The notes beneath the pieces were generated by a model, which did not search any database, was not told the DNA's origin, and was given only the letters and a program-made list of their open reading frames with translations. The position numbers were made by a program, and so were the translations under genes. A stretch of 64,000 nt of DNA from Flavobacteriales bacterium. Lineage in GTDB: Bacteria > Bacteroidota > Bacteroidia > Flavobacteriales_F > PHOS-HE28. Below, one piece after another: positions 18,541-28,326 of the stretch. The number at the start of each line of letters is the position of its first letter. Position 1 is the first letter of the stretch. Location of the stretch: the NCBI GenBank assembly GCA_041745875.1, contig JBGTIB010000092.1, forward strand, positions 7,315-71,314. The letters are read 5' to 3'.

Positions 18541-20859
18541 TCAGCGCGCCACAACGAAGGGTTTCGTGACTTGTTCCTCCCCGGTGCTCATCCGCATGAG
18601 GTACATGCCGGGGCGCAAGGTGGAAATGTCCAGGACCTCCAGGTGGCGTCCTTCCGTGGTAGGGGTCGCATATGCGATCACCACGCGGCCGGTGGGATCG
18701 ATCACCTCGAGTTGCAGCAGGTCCGCATCAGGCATGAGGACCTCCACGCTCAAGCGGTCGTTCGCCGGGTTGGGGAACAGATCGTAGTGATCTGTTCCCA
18801 CCGGGGCGTCGGCCAGCAGGAATTCCATGCTCCTGGGCTGTGCCGGTTGGAAGAAGTAGAAGCCCGGGATGGGGTTCTGATGGATCCCATCGGCGCGCTC
18901 CCAGGCCACACTCACGTGGTCCGGACCCACGGCTTCGCGGTGCGTGGCGTGGAGGTAGCGCAACTCACCGGCATCGAGCCAGATGGCAGCGGAGGACTGT
19001 TGTGCGAACTGTGTGTATACATGCGGCGGCACCGGCGAGGGGCAACGAGCAATGGCCGGACCATTCACAGGTGTAGTGCCTGAGCTCAGGTAGAGTTCGG
19101 CACGGTGGTCGGCCGAGATGAAGAAGCGGTAGTAGCCGCTCACCGGTGGGCAGATCAGACCCCCCAGCGTGGCGGTGAAGTGGTTGCCATCGTTCTGCGG
19201 TGCTTCGAAGTTTGCCAGATGCAGAGTGGTCACCGGGCCGTTGCCGTTCTGCTGGCGTACGCGCGTGATGCCATCCCCCGGCTCGCAGTAGAGCAGATCC
19301 ACCTGGAAGATGGTCACGGTGCCCGACACTTCGTTGGAACTGATGAGCAGCATTTCGCCGTTGGGGCTCTGGTCCGCGTGGACGAAACGAATGCACTCGA
19401 TACCGGAATCCAGACCTTCAGGACTCAAGGGGCTGGCGTCGAAATTCCGGTTGTTCACATAGTCCAGATACTGGGCGTTGGTGGGGTCGGTGACGTCATA
19501 GACCATGATGCCGCCGATGCGTTCGAGACCGATGAAGGCATAGTGGCGCCCATCGATCAGGGCCACCTCCACGGCCTCGGGCTCCGGACCCTTGTCGTCG
19601 CTTCGGTTGTCGAAGTTGTTGTTGCTGTTGCTGGCGTTGAAGCTCGTGGGGTAGCGCTGTGCCGTGATCTGCTCGAAGTCGTCCCCGCTGTCGTAAAGCA
19701 GCTCCCCTGTAGCGTTGCGGATGCTGAAGGAACGTGCGCCCAATACGTGGATCTCCTCGTAAAGGCCATCGCCGTCGAGGTCGCCCGATGCGCGTGATGC
19801 GGTGAGCCTGCCGAGGTTGGTGTTCAGTTTTAATTCAGCGGCGTTGGGGAACGCAGCGGGGTCGAGCTGGTACCCGGCATTGCCAATGCGACGACCTTCT
19901 TCATAACCCGGCCAGTCGTCGCGGGCATCACCCTCGTTGGCATACACCACGTAGGTCTCACCATTCACGCTATAGCTGGTGATGGCGTCGGGCATGTACA
20001 AACCCTTTACCGGCCAGTTCGCGATGTTGATCATGCCGTCCTGATCGCTCGCATCCAACCCATTGCCCGGCAAGCTATGATCCTTCATGCCCAGCGAGGT
20101 GATGGACACGATGGTGTTCGTGGTCAGGTCGATCCGCACCACCGCATTGTTCTCCTGGCAGGCCACAAAGGCCGTTTGGGAGTCCTCACTCACGGTGATG
20201 TATTCAGGCTCCATGTCCTGCGCGACGGAAGCGTTGGGGCCGAAGATCCGCACACCGGGAAGCATTTCCGGGGTATAGCCCGCGAAGCCGATCATGGTCA
20301 CATGTGCCTGCGTCAGTGAAGCGATCCCGCCGCTTATGTCGATGACGCTGACGCTCCCCTCGGGATCGATGCCGTCCAGGTAGCTGATCGGCTCGCCCTC
20401 ATTGGCCACCAGCAGCCTGGTGCCATCTGGCGTCTTCGTGATCATGTCCGGCAGGGCGCCTACAGTGAGTTGGTTCAAGTAGTTCCCATCCAGGTCGAAG
20501 AACACAACGGTCCCATTGTCGGTTTTCACCAAAGCCTCACTGGCTACCGCAATGGCACCATCGATCACCACCACGCTGTTCACACCGCCTCCGTAAGGGG
20601 ACATGTCCATGGTGAACAGCAGCGTGGGATCGGCCGGGTCGGAGATATCTATCGCATCCACACTATTGGCTGCGGCATTGGTCGAAAAAACGCGATGGGT
20701 GCCGGGATCGTAGTCCACGATCTCCGCGGCGCTTTGGCCGTAGAGACCGGTCTGGTAGGTGCCGATCGGGGTGAGCCGGAGGGTCTGGGCGTGCGATGCG
20801 TTGGCGACGGCCATTCCAATGGCCAGGGCAGCGAGGTGAAGGGTAGCGTGTTTCATCAT
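18541..20859 (-). CDS. Secreted choice-of-anchor-I (phytase-like beta-propeller) protein with a PA14-like domain and a T9SS type-A C-terminal sorting domain.
   Basis: Signal peptide 'MMKHATLHLAALAIGMAVANASHA'; 'LLVANEGEP' motif; PA14/GLEYA-like 'GYYRFFISADHRAELYLSSG'; C-terminus 'LFPNPANDRLSVEV...LEVIDPTGRVV...LRPGMYLMRMSTGEEQVTKPFVVAR'. Confidence 0.75.
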   Translation of the reverse strand: MMKHATLHLAALAIGMAVANASHAQTLRLTPIGTYQTGLYGQSAAEIVDYDPGTHRVFSTNAAANSVDAIDISDPADPTLLFTMDMSPYGGGVNSVVVIDGAIAVASEALVKTDNGTVVFFDLDGNYLNQLTVGALPDMITKTPDGTRLLVANEGEPISYLDGIDPEGSVSVIDISGGIASLTQAHVTMIGFAGYTPEMLPGVRIFGPNASVAQDMEPEYITVSEDSQTAFVACQENNAVVRIDLTTNTIVSITSLGMKDHSLPGNGLDASDQDGMINIANWPVKGLYMPDAITSYSVNGETYVVYANEGDARDDWPGYEEGRRIGNAGYQLDPAAFPNAAELKLNTNLGRLTASRASGDLDGDGLYEEIHVLGARSFSIRNATGELLYDSGDDFEQITAQRYPTSFNASNSNNNFDNRSDDKGPEPEAVEVALIDGRHYAFIGLERIGGIMVYDVTDPTNAQYLDYVNNRNFDASPLSPEGLDSGIECIRFVHADQSPNGEMLLISSNEVSGTVTIFQVDLLYCEPGDGITRVRQQNGNGPVTTLHLANFEAPQNDGNHFTATLGGLICPPVSGYYRFFISADHRAELYLSSGTTPVNGPAIARCPSPVPPHVYTQFAQQSSAAIWLDAGELRYLHATHREAVGPDHVSVAWERADGIHQNPIPGFYFFQPAQPRSMEFLLADAPVGTDHYDLFPNPANDRLSVEVLMPDADLLQLEVIDPTGRVVIAYATPTTEGRHLEVLDISTLRPGMYLMRMSTGEEQVTKPFVVAR

Positions 20860-21068
20860 CGGTTTCGGGTGTGGTTTCAGGGGCTAAAAGTCCCAGGGCA
20901 TTGTGTCCCGATAGGGATGGATAAGTGAACATTCGATCAAATCATCGCGCCTTGCATGTTTTCTGAATGTGAATGTCCTTGTTCTCCGTTACGCGCATAT
21001 CTTTCATCCGTGCCGGTGACGAGAAAGTCGTCAGTGACGACCGGAGCCGTTCGTTGAACCATTAAACC

Positions 21069-23531
21069 ATGTTGCATGTAGTTGAAAGAACTTCCGCCGT
21101 TCGTTTTCCCCTGAACCAACCCACCGATGACAGCGATCCCAAGGCGATGCCGATCTTGCGATCGATGTCCGGGGATCAGCAACACATCGAGACCGAAATG
21201 GCCGCGCTCGCGGCACGCTTCGTCAACAGTACCGCGCGGAACGTGTTCCTCACCGGCAAGGCAGGTACCGGCAAGACCACCTTCCTCCATCGCCTTGCCA
21301 CGGCCACCCACAAGCGGTATGTCATTCTGGCCCCAACTGGTATTGCAGCGCTGAATGCGGGCGGGGTCACCATCCATTCACAGTTCCTGTTACCGTTCGG
21401 GGCATTCGTTCCTGAAAAACGTGTGCCTGCCGACATTGGCGAGTATGGTGCATTCACCGATCGGGACACGCTCAACCGACGCCACCCTCTGAATGCTCTG
21501 CGACGAAGTGTACTGCGCGGGCTCGATCTGTTGATCATCGATGAGGTGAGCATGTTGCGCGCCGACCTGCTCGATGCCATCGACCACCGCATGCGCACCG
21601 TTCGCCAGCGATGGGATCGCCCCTTCGGAGGTGTGCAGGTCCTGTTCATCGGCGACCTCTACCAGTTGCCACCGATCGTGAAGGACGCGGAATGGAACGT
21701 ACTGCGCCGCTGGTACAACAGCATGCACTTCTTCGAGTCGCGTGCGCTGAAGGAGAGCGGTTACGCGCATATCGAACTGGACAGGATATTCCGCCAACAG
21801 GATGAACACTTCATCGCCATCCTCAACAACTTCCGCGAGAACACGGTGACGAAGGAGGATGTCGCAACGCTCGACAAGTATTACCGACCGGGCCTCATGC
21901 AGGAGGATCACGAGGGTGTTATCACACTGGCAACGCATAACAGGACCGCCGATGATATTAACCAACGCGCGTTGGAGAAACTACCGGGTCGACTGCATCG
22001 CTTCGAAGCCGTGATCGAAGGGGATTTTCCCGAAAGCATGTTCCCCGTGTTGCGGGACCTGGAGTTGAAGGAGGGTGCGCAGATCATGTTCACCCGCAAT
22101 GATCCGGAGAAGATGTACTTCAATGGTAAGCTGGCCAAGGTGGAGAAAGTGGAGGAGGGCGTCATCCATGTGCGGATGATCGATGATGGCTCACCGTACA
22201 AGTTGAAGCGGGAGAACTGGGAGAACAAGCGCTACGAAGTGGATGTGGTCACCAAGGAGCAGAATGAGCGGATCCTCGGCACCTTCGAGCAGTACCCTGT
22301 GAAACTTGCCTGGGCGATCACGGTGCATAAGAGCCAGGGTCTCACATTCGACAAGGCCGTGATCGACGTGGGGCGTGCCTTCGCGCCGGGGCAGGTATAT
22401 GTGGCGTTATCCCGCTTGCGCTCCTTGGAAGGGTTGATCCTGCGCACCCGCATCGACCCCTCGGTGGTGAGCACCGACCGTGATGTGGTCGCTTTCACGG
22501 AAAAGCGACTTACACAACAACCGTTGCCGGAACAATTGCAGGAGTACCAACAACGCTTCCTGCACGATATGCTCACGAGCACCTTCGACCTTGGGGACCT
22601 TCTATTGCGTACCGACCAGATCCGCATCGACCATCCCGAGGTGTCCGAATTCGAGGATGAGGGCATGAGGACGGCCCTTCAGCGTTTTCTTGACAGGCTG
22701 CGACCGGAGGAGGACAATGCCCGAAAGTTCCAGAGGCAGCTGATCCGCCTGTTGCAAGAAGGTGAACGCACCACACTGCTGGAACGGATCACCAAGGGCG
22801 CCGACTATTTCGGAACGCTTCTGATGGCCGCCATGAAAGAGCTATTGCAGCACATTGCCCAAGTGGAAATGTTGAGCCGGACCAAACAGTTCGGCGAAGC
22901 GCTCCGCGAGTTGGATCTTCTGCTGGTCAGGAAGGTCGCGACCATTGCCAAGGCGGCACACGTCACCGGCTGCATCCTGGATGGTGGCGAGGTAACACGC
23001 GTGGCCGAGCTGGAAAGATCGATCGCGGAACAGCGCACCGCATTGGTGGAGGAGGTGAAGGTATGGGCGACGGAGCATGCACCGGCCAGTACCCTGAAAA
23101 GCGGTCGGCGACGTGGTCGCAGCGATGTACCGTGGGATCCGGCCGATGCCGATGAATATGTGGAAAGGGCGCTGAAGCGAAAGAAGCGGAAAGGGACCAC
23201 CGGTTCCAAGGTGATCAAAGGTGAGACCTACCTGAAGACCTATGCGCTGATCAAGGAGGGAAAGAGCCTGGAGGAGGTGGCGAAGGAAAGGGGTCTGTCC
23301 CTGGGTACGATCGAAGGGCATGCGGCAAAGGGCATCACAGAGGATCTGGTGGACATCGATGCGGTTCTATCGGTCCAGATCCGCGATGTCATCGCCAACT
23401 GGTGGCGGGAAAACCCCGACAAGCATAGCAATGAAGCACGTGCCCACTTCGGCGAGAAGTACAGCTACGGACAGTTGCGGATCGTGCAGGCCTGGGTGAA
23501 CCATCAGGATCAAGCCGGCTCAGCAGGATGA
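21069..23531 (+). CDS. Pif1-family (RecD-like SF1B) ATP-dependent DNA helicase with a C-terminal helix-turn-helix domain.
   Basis: Walker A 'GKAGTGKTTFL', Walker B 'LLIIDEVSML', 'TVHKSQGLTFDKAVIDV', and a C-terminal HTH '...EGKSLEEVAKERGLSLGTIEGHAAKG'. This architecture is ubiquitous in Bacteroidota. The real start may be the internal M at 21147. Confidence 0.85.
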   Translation: MLHVVERTSAVRFPLNQPTDDSDPKAMPILRSMSGDQQHIETEMAALAARFVNSTARNVFLTGKAGTGKTTFLHRLATATHKRYVILAPTGIAALNAGGVTIHSQFLLPFGAFVPEKRVPADIGEYGAFTDRDTLNRRHPLNALRRSVLRGLDLLIIDEVSMLRADLLDAIDHRMRTVRQRWDRPFGGVQVLFIGDLYQLPPIVKDAEWNVLRRWYNSMHFFESRALKESGYAHIELDRIFRQQDEHFIAILNNFRENTVTKEDVATLDKYYRPGLMQEDHEGVITLATHNRTADDINQRALEKLPGRLHRFEAVIEGDFPESMFPVLRDLELKEGAQIMFTRNDPEKMYFNGKLAKVEKVEEGVIHVRMIDDGSPYKLKRENWENKRYEVDVVTKEQNERILGTFEQYPVKLAWAITVHKSQGLTFDKAVIDVGRAFAPGQVYVALSRLRSLEGLILRTRIDPSVVSTDRDVVAFTEKRLTQQPLPEQLQEYQQRFLHDMLTSTFDLGDLLLRTDQIRIDHPEVSEFEDEGMRTALQRFLDRLRPEEDNARKFQRQLIRLLQEGERTTLLERITKGADYFGTLLMAAMKELLQHIAQVEMLSRTKQFGEALRELDLLLVRKVATIAKAAHVTGCILDGGEVTRVAELERSIAEQRTALVEEVKVWATEHAPASTLKSGRRRGRSDVPWDPADADEYVERALKRKKRKGTTGSKVIKGETYLKTYALIKEGKSLEEVAKERGLSLGTIEGHAAKGITEDLVDIDAVLSVQIRDVIANWWRENPDKHSNEARAHFGEKYSYGQLRIVQAWVNHQDQAGSAG

Positions 23532-23652
23532 AAACGGGCGGTCCTTCGACAAGATTATTTCGCTCCGATCGTCGTGGGTGAGTTGAAACAGTTCTACCTT
23601 GCGCCCCACCAAAGGCGATCTTGCCTTTTGGAAACCAATACAGTACAATACA

Positions 23653-23844
23653 ATGGCAAGTGGTACAGTGAAGTTCTTCAACACAGAGAAGGGCTTCGGA
23701 TTCATCACCCCGGATGAGGGTGGCAAAGACGTTTTCGTACACAAGACCGGCACCCGCGAAGCCCTCTGGGAAGGCGACAAGGTCAGTTACGAAGTGGAAG
23801 AGACCCAAAAGGGCCTCAATGCGGTCAACGTAACGAAGGCCTAA
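23653..23844 (+). CDS. cspA: Cold-shock protein (CspA family).
   Basis: '[33 protein letters not shown]' (RNP1/RNP2 motifs); 63 aa. Confidence 0.95.
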   Translation: MASGTVKFFNTEKGFGFITPDEGGKDVFVHKTGTREALWEGDKVSYEVEETQKGLNAVNVTKA

Positions 23845-23867
23845 GCGCCACACGATACATTGAGTTT

Positions 23868-23905
23868 GGAAAGGCCGGTCCGCAAGGACCGGCCTTTCCA
23901 TTTCC
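23868..23905 (+). terminator. Rho-independent terminator of the cold-shock gene.
   Basis: 'ggaaaggccggtcc-gcaa-ggaccggcctttcc' followed by 'atttcctatatc'. Confidence 0.85.
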
Positions 23906-23991
23906 TATATCTCGCATTTTGTCCCGTGCCATTGGATCAAAGCCCGGTGATGACCACGACCGATCAGGAGTTGAGCGCGGGCACCCAGTGA

Positions 23992-25575
23992 TCAACGAAT
24001 CTTCAACATGCTGCGCACCTGTTGACGACTCTCGTTCTGCAAACGGGCATAGTAAACCCCGGTGGGCAGATCACCGAGGTCCACATCGATCAGATAGCTA
24101 CCTGCGGCGGGCATGGCGTTCACCACGGTACGCATCAATTGCCCCTGCTCATTGAAGACCTGGACCATGACCCGGCCTCCCGATGTGGTATACCGCAGGG
24201 AAGTGCGCTCCACGAACGGATTCGGGTAGACTTCGAGCAGCACATCACCGGCACCCTGGTTGGCCTCATGGATGCCGATGTTCATGCAGCCGGTGGGATC
24301 CACCAATGCCAGCGGTTGATACGTGTCCAGCAGTACGTCATCCACTTCGCTTTGGCTCAGGCAGAACCAGTCGCGCAGGACGGAAGCGTACACCGAGCGG
24401 AAGTCGTACTGCATGGCCAGGTTGGTCTGTGCCGTGGCGTTCGCAGGAATATCCGGGTTGGTGCCCAACATGCCGGGTATCACTTGGTTGCCGAAGAGGA
24501 ACATCGGGAGCGCACTGCCGTGATCCGTTCCCAGGGAGCCGTTGTTGATGATACGGCGCCCGAATTCGCTGAAGGTCATACCCAGCACGCGATCCTCCAG
24601 CCCGAGTAGCTGTAGGTCGTCCTGGAAGGCATGGATGGATGCGCTGAGCCCCTGCAACAGTTCGGCGTGCAAGCCCTGGGTCGGGTTGCCGGCAACCACT
24701 TGTTGTGCATGGGTATCGAAACCTCCGATGCTCACCCAGTAGATGCGGGTCTTCAAACATCCACAGATCAACTGCGCCACGATCTTCAAAGCCTGGGCCA
24801 GGCGGCCACCGGGACCGTCACCGGTGGGGTAGAGCGTGCTCATGTTGCAACCCGCCACCGCCGCCGCGTTGATCGCACTACCGTATTCATCGGTCTGGCG
24901 TTGCACCATGCGGACGAAATCGAGCTTCCCTCCGCTGCAGTCGTTCGTGGTGGGGTCGATATAGATGTTGCCGGTGAGGTCGAGCGGGTTGTTCGTGTTG
25001 TTGATCGTTACACCCATGTTCACTCCCATGTACTGCAAACCCGGTCCGGAAGCGCCGCCCACGCGTATGGCGAGCGGATCGGGCATGTCCGCGTTCGGGT
25101 AGCCGGCCGGGTAGTTCGGGTATTCGAAATTGAGGTAGCGTGCGCTCCAACCTGAGTTCAGGATCTGATCGCTATCGGAACCGGTCTCCCAGATATCCGT
25201 GGAGCGGAAGTGACTGAAATTCGGTTGGGGATAACCCACACCTTGCACAATGGCGAGCTTCCCGTCCTCCCACAGGTCGCGCATGCCGCCCATTGCCGGG
25301 TGAAGCCCCGTAGCACCGTTCGCTCCGGTCAATGGTAGTACCGAACCTTCGGGGATCAACACCTGGGGACGGGCAAGGCTCAAGTTGTCGTACTGATCCA
25401 AGGGGATCACGGTGTTGAGCCCATCGTTCCCACCGACCAACTGCACGATGACCAACACACGGTCGGTATCGTCGCGGCCCTGCAAGGCGGCAAAGAGCGG
25501 GTTGCTGAAGGCACGCACGGCCAAGCCTCCCACGGTGAGCGCCGAAGTACTGCGGAGAAAATGTCGTCGGTCCAT
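23992..25575 (-). CDS. DUF1501 (sulfatase-like) protein with an N-terminal twin-arginine (Tat) signal and a T9SS type-A C-terminal sorting domain.
   Basis: 'MDRRHFLRSTSALTVGGLAVRAF' (RRxFLR Tat motif); DUF1501 core 'VIVQLVGGNDGLNTVIP...GGFDTH'; C-terminus 'LEVYPNPFVERTSLRY...VFNEQGQLMRTV...GVYYARL...KIR'. Confidence 0.8.
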   Translation of the reverse strand: MDRRHFLRSTSALTVGGLAVRAFSNPLFAALQGRDDTDRVLVIVQLVGGNDGLNTVIPLDQYDNLSLARPQVLIPEGSVLPLTGANGATGLHPAMGGMRDLWEDGKLAIVQGVGYPQPNFSHFRSTDIWETGSDSDQILNSGWSARYLNFEYPNYPAGYPNADMPDPLAIRVGGASGPGLQYMGVNMGVTINNTNNPLDLTGNIYIDPTTNDCSGGKLDFVRMVQRQTDEYGSAINAAAVAGCNMSTLYPTGDGPGGRLAQALKIVAQLICGCLKTRIYWVSIGGFDTHAQQVVAGNPTQGLHAELLQGLSASIHAFQDDLQLLGLEDRVLGMTFSEFGRRIINNGSLGTDHGSALPMFLFGNQVIPGMLGTNPDIPANATAQTNLAMQYDFRSVYASVLRDWFCLSQSEVDDVLLDTYQPLALVDPTGCMNIGIHEANQGAGDVLLEVYPNPFVERTSLRYTTSGGRVMVQVFNEQGQLMRTVVNAMPAAGSYLIDVDLGDLPTGVYYARLQNESRQQVRSMLKIR

Positions 25576-25589
25576 GGTGGTTCCTGTAC

Positions 25590-27248
25590 TCAGTGAATGT
25601 GGTTCTCAGCAGCCTGTACCATGTCGATGAAAAGCCCCAAGAGCAGGGTGGGCACCAGTTGTGCCGTGGGATCCGTGGTACCCGGGTCCAGCACATACAT
25701 CTCGTAGGCATCGCTCCAATAGATGTCGTTCTGTTGGCCCAGCAGCAGGTAGGAGGTCTTCAGCTGTTGCAGGATGGCTGCTGAAACGGGCACCCCGAAC
25801 AGCATTTCGGCCGCATCGGCGACCAAGGCGTTGGGGTCGTTCCCATTGGTGAACTGTGCCACCACATCCAGCAGGTCGACCTTGAAACTGAGGTTCTGGC
25901 TCGCCGGCTGGTAGATGTCCATCCCTGTGGCTAGGCCGATGAAGAGGATCCCGACCATGGCATTGTTCCGGTTGGGGAATGAGGCCGTATCGATCCAGAG
26001 GTGGTCATATTGTGGATACTGGTGGTATGCAGGCCATCCCGCGACATTCGGCGGGTTCACCAACTCCTGGCCGGCATAAGAGACCAGGTAATACAGGTCC
26101 AGCCACACCCGGTACTGGGCCTCCACTTGTGCGGGGCTGGGGAACGGCATGCCGAACTGACGTGTTGCTCCGATCACCAGATCGGCCGCGCTCTTGATCA
26201 TACAGGCACGTACATCGGCGCTGAAGAAATGGGTGCTGTTCAGCAGGGCGGACAGCACATGGCGCATCTGGTCCACATCACCGCTGTGATCGCGGAACAC
26301 CTGCGCCAGTGGTGCGATCACATCCGCCTCCGTGGCCGCATCGATCTCGCCCTTCACGAAAAAGCGGTAGAGGGAGCGGCAGATGTGCAGGCTCACCTCA
26401 TCCTTCAGGAAGATCATGTCCAACAGGGCATCCAGTTCCGTGCTTCCGCCATTGATCCCGACTTGTCCTGGGATCATCGTGTCGTTGAAGAAGGAACTGA
26501 ACTGCTTGTTGCCAGCGTCGTGCAGAAAGGGAAGGAAGAGTGTCTCGGGCAGGATCGGCACGCCATTGTCCTGTTCGCGCACGATCCATCCGGTGAGTAT
26601 ACGCGCTGCTTCCTGTACATCCTCCTCGGTGAAACCAGTGTCAACACCCAGGGTGAAGAGCTCCATCAGTTCGCGCGCATAGTTCTCATCAGGGGCCGCC
26701 ACATTGTTGAAAGTGCCATTCAGATAGACCAACATGGCGCCGCTTGTGGTGACCTCCCGGACAAGCGTGCGGACGTTGCCCAGGCAGTGATCACGAAGTA
26801 GCTGGTCGTAGTCGTACAACATTTTCGCATGGAACACCTCGAAGGCCTGCACCGGGATATGATCGAACCAGAAGAGCGTAAGCTTTTCGCGCAGGTTCCG
26901 TTCCTGGTGCACCTTCAAGCCCGTCTGCCAACCCACCCAACTGGCAATTCGGAACAAAGTGGGCTCCACGGGTGCGGCGGGGTCGCGCGGCGTATTGATC
27001 CATGTACTACCGAAGGGCACGGTGGGGTCCACCAGCGTGGGGTCAGGTGTACCACCATTGAGCTGCCAATAGGTCTTCAGTGGCGGAGAAGTATCGTTCG
27101 TGAAGGTGAGTAGCGAATCCACCACCACGGAGAGCGGCTGCCCGTCGAAATGCGCCAGATCCGCATTCGTACACCCGAACAATGTCCGACGCAGCAGATG
27201 CGCCAGTTCCGGTCGACCGAACGTACCGGTATAGGGTTGCAGTGACAT
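25590..27248 (-). CDS. DUF1800 family protein, the usual partner of DUF1501.
   Basis: Size and position immediately upstream of DUF1501 on the same strand (14-bp gap), with conserved blocks typical of DUF1800; read from memory of the family, not a search. Confidence 0.65.
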   Translation of the reverse strand: MSLQPYTGTFGRPELAHLLRRTLFGCTNADLAHFDGQPLSVVVDSLLTFTNDTSPPLKTYWQLNGGTPDPTLVDPTVPFGSTWINTPRDPAAPVEPTLFRIASWVGWQTGLKVHQERNLREKLTLFWFDHIPVQAFEVFHAKMLYDYDQLLRDHCLGNVRTLVREVTTSGAMLVYLNGTFNNVAAPDENYARELMELFTLGVDTGFTEEDVQEAARILTGWIVREQDNGVPILPETLFLPFLHDAGNKQFSSFFNDTMIPGQVGINGGSTELDALLDMIFLKDEVSLHICRSLYRFFVKGEIDAATEADVIAPLAQVFRDHSGDVDQMRHVLSALLNSTHFFSADVRACMIKSAADLVIGATRQFGMPFPSPAQVEAQYRVWLDLYYLVSYAGQELVNPPNVAGWPAYHQYPQYDHLWIDTASFPNRNNAMVGILFIGLATGMDIYQPASQNLSFKVDLLDVVAQFTNGNDPNALVADAAEMLFGVPVSAAILQQLKTSYLLLGQQNDIYWSDAYEMYVLDPGTTDPTAQLVPTLLLGLFIDMVQAAENHIH

Positions 27249-27503
27249 GGTGAACGGCGAAGGTGTGCTTGTACGACGTACGTGACCTGCGAAAGTTAAA
27301 CCCCGTGGAGATCGATATGTATCTATTCGACCGGACGAACGCTGTCATCGATGGATGTATTCATCGGATATCCGAACGGGATCGTTCAGGAATATGTTGT
27401 TGCATGCGCTTCCCGTATGGTTACCGAGCCTGGCATGGTCGGGTTTCGAATTTCCCGACCTGCTGCTCCGTGGCTCTTCGTGCGAACCCCGATATTCGCT
27501 CCC

Positions 27504-28265
27504 ATGAAACTGATCTCGTTCAATGTGAATGGCATCCGTGCATCGGTAGGGAAGGGGCTCGTGGCTTCCTTGCGCAGCATGGCAGCCGATGTTTATTGTT
27601 TCCAGGAAACCAAGGCCACACCGGCGCAGGTAGCCGAAGCGTTGGGGGAACTGAGCGACTACCATGTTCATGCCTACGGTGCATTGAAGCCGGGTTACAG
27701 CGGCACTGCCATCGTCAGCCGGACGCAACCCGCCTCGGTTTCCTTCGGCATCGGAATGCCGGGCCACGATGACGAAGGCCGCGTGGTCACAGCCGCGTTC
27801 GAGGACGTGGTGGTCGTTACCGTGTACACCCCGAACAGTGGGCAGGAATTGAAACGGCTAGGTTACCGCCAGGAATGGGATGCTGCGTTCAGGGAATATG
27901 TATCCGCGTTGGCAATGAAGGGGAAACCGGTGATAATCTGTGGTGACCTCAATGTGGCACACCGCGAGATCGACCTGGCGCGACCCAAGGCGAATTTCAA
28001 CAAGACCGCCGGCTACATGCAGGAGGAGATCGATGGCTTGGATGCCTTGCTCGGGGCAGGCTTCGTGGACACTTATCGGCTGCTATATCCCACCGAAGTG
28101 AAATACAGCTGGTGGAGCTTCCGCGCGGGTGCGCGCAGCAAGAACATCGGCTGGCGCATCGACTATGTGCTGGTGTCAAAAGGCTTCGAGAAGAAGGTGA
28201 AGGAGGCGTTCATTTTGAATGATGTGCTCGGGAGTGATCATTGTCCGGTGGGGATCGTTTGGTAA
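27504..28265 (+). CDS. xth: Exodeoxyribonuclease III (AP endonuclease, Xth).
   Basis: 'MKLISFNVNGIRAS...DVYCFQETK', 'TPNSGQEL', 'IICGDLNVAHREIDL', 'SWWSFRAGARSKNIGWRIDYVLVS', '...LGSDHCPV'; 253 aa from ATG 27504 (the upstream ORF extension was rejected). Confidence 0.93.
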   Translation: MKLISFNVNGIRASVGKGLVASLRSMAADVYCFQETKATPAQVAEALGELSDYHVHAYGALKPGYSGTAIVSRTQPASVSFGIGMPGHDDEGRVVTAAFEDVVVVTVYTPNSGQELKRLGYRQEWDAAFREYVSALAMKGKPVIICGDLNVAHREIDLARPKANFNKTAGYMQEEIDGLDALLGAGFVDTYRLLYPTEVKYSWWSFRAGARSKNIGWRIDYVLVSKGFEKKVKEAFILNDVLGSDHCPVGIVW

Positions 28266-28271
28266 ATGCAT

Positions 28272-28306
28272 ATGTGCTCATGTGCTCATGTGCTCATGTG
28301 CCCATG
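28272..28306. repeat. 8-bp simple sequence repeat (atgtgctc)x3 plus a degenerate fourth unit, in the intergenic region between xth and the DUF4260 gene.
   Basis: 'atgtgctc atgtgctc atgtgctc atgtgccc atg' read directly. Confidence 0.8.
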
Positions 28307-28326
28307 ACCGACAACAACGAACGAAC

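Noticed and set aside
18505-19083. Plus-strand ORFs (18505..19083, 18566..18787) overlapping the 3' end of the choice-of-anchor-I gene and its terminator.
   Set aside because: They are antisense to a well-supported gene and run through its terminator hairpin, and their translations are Arg/His-rich low-complexity sequence.
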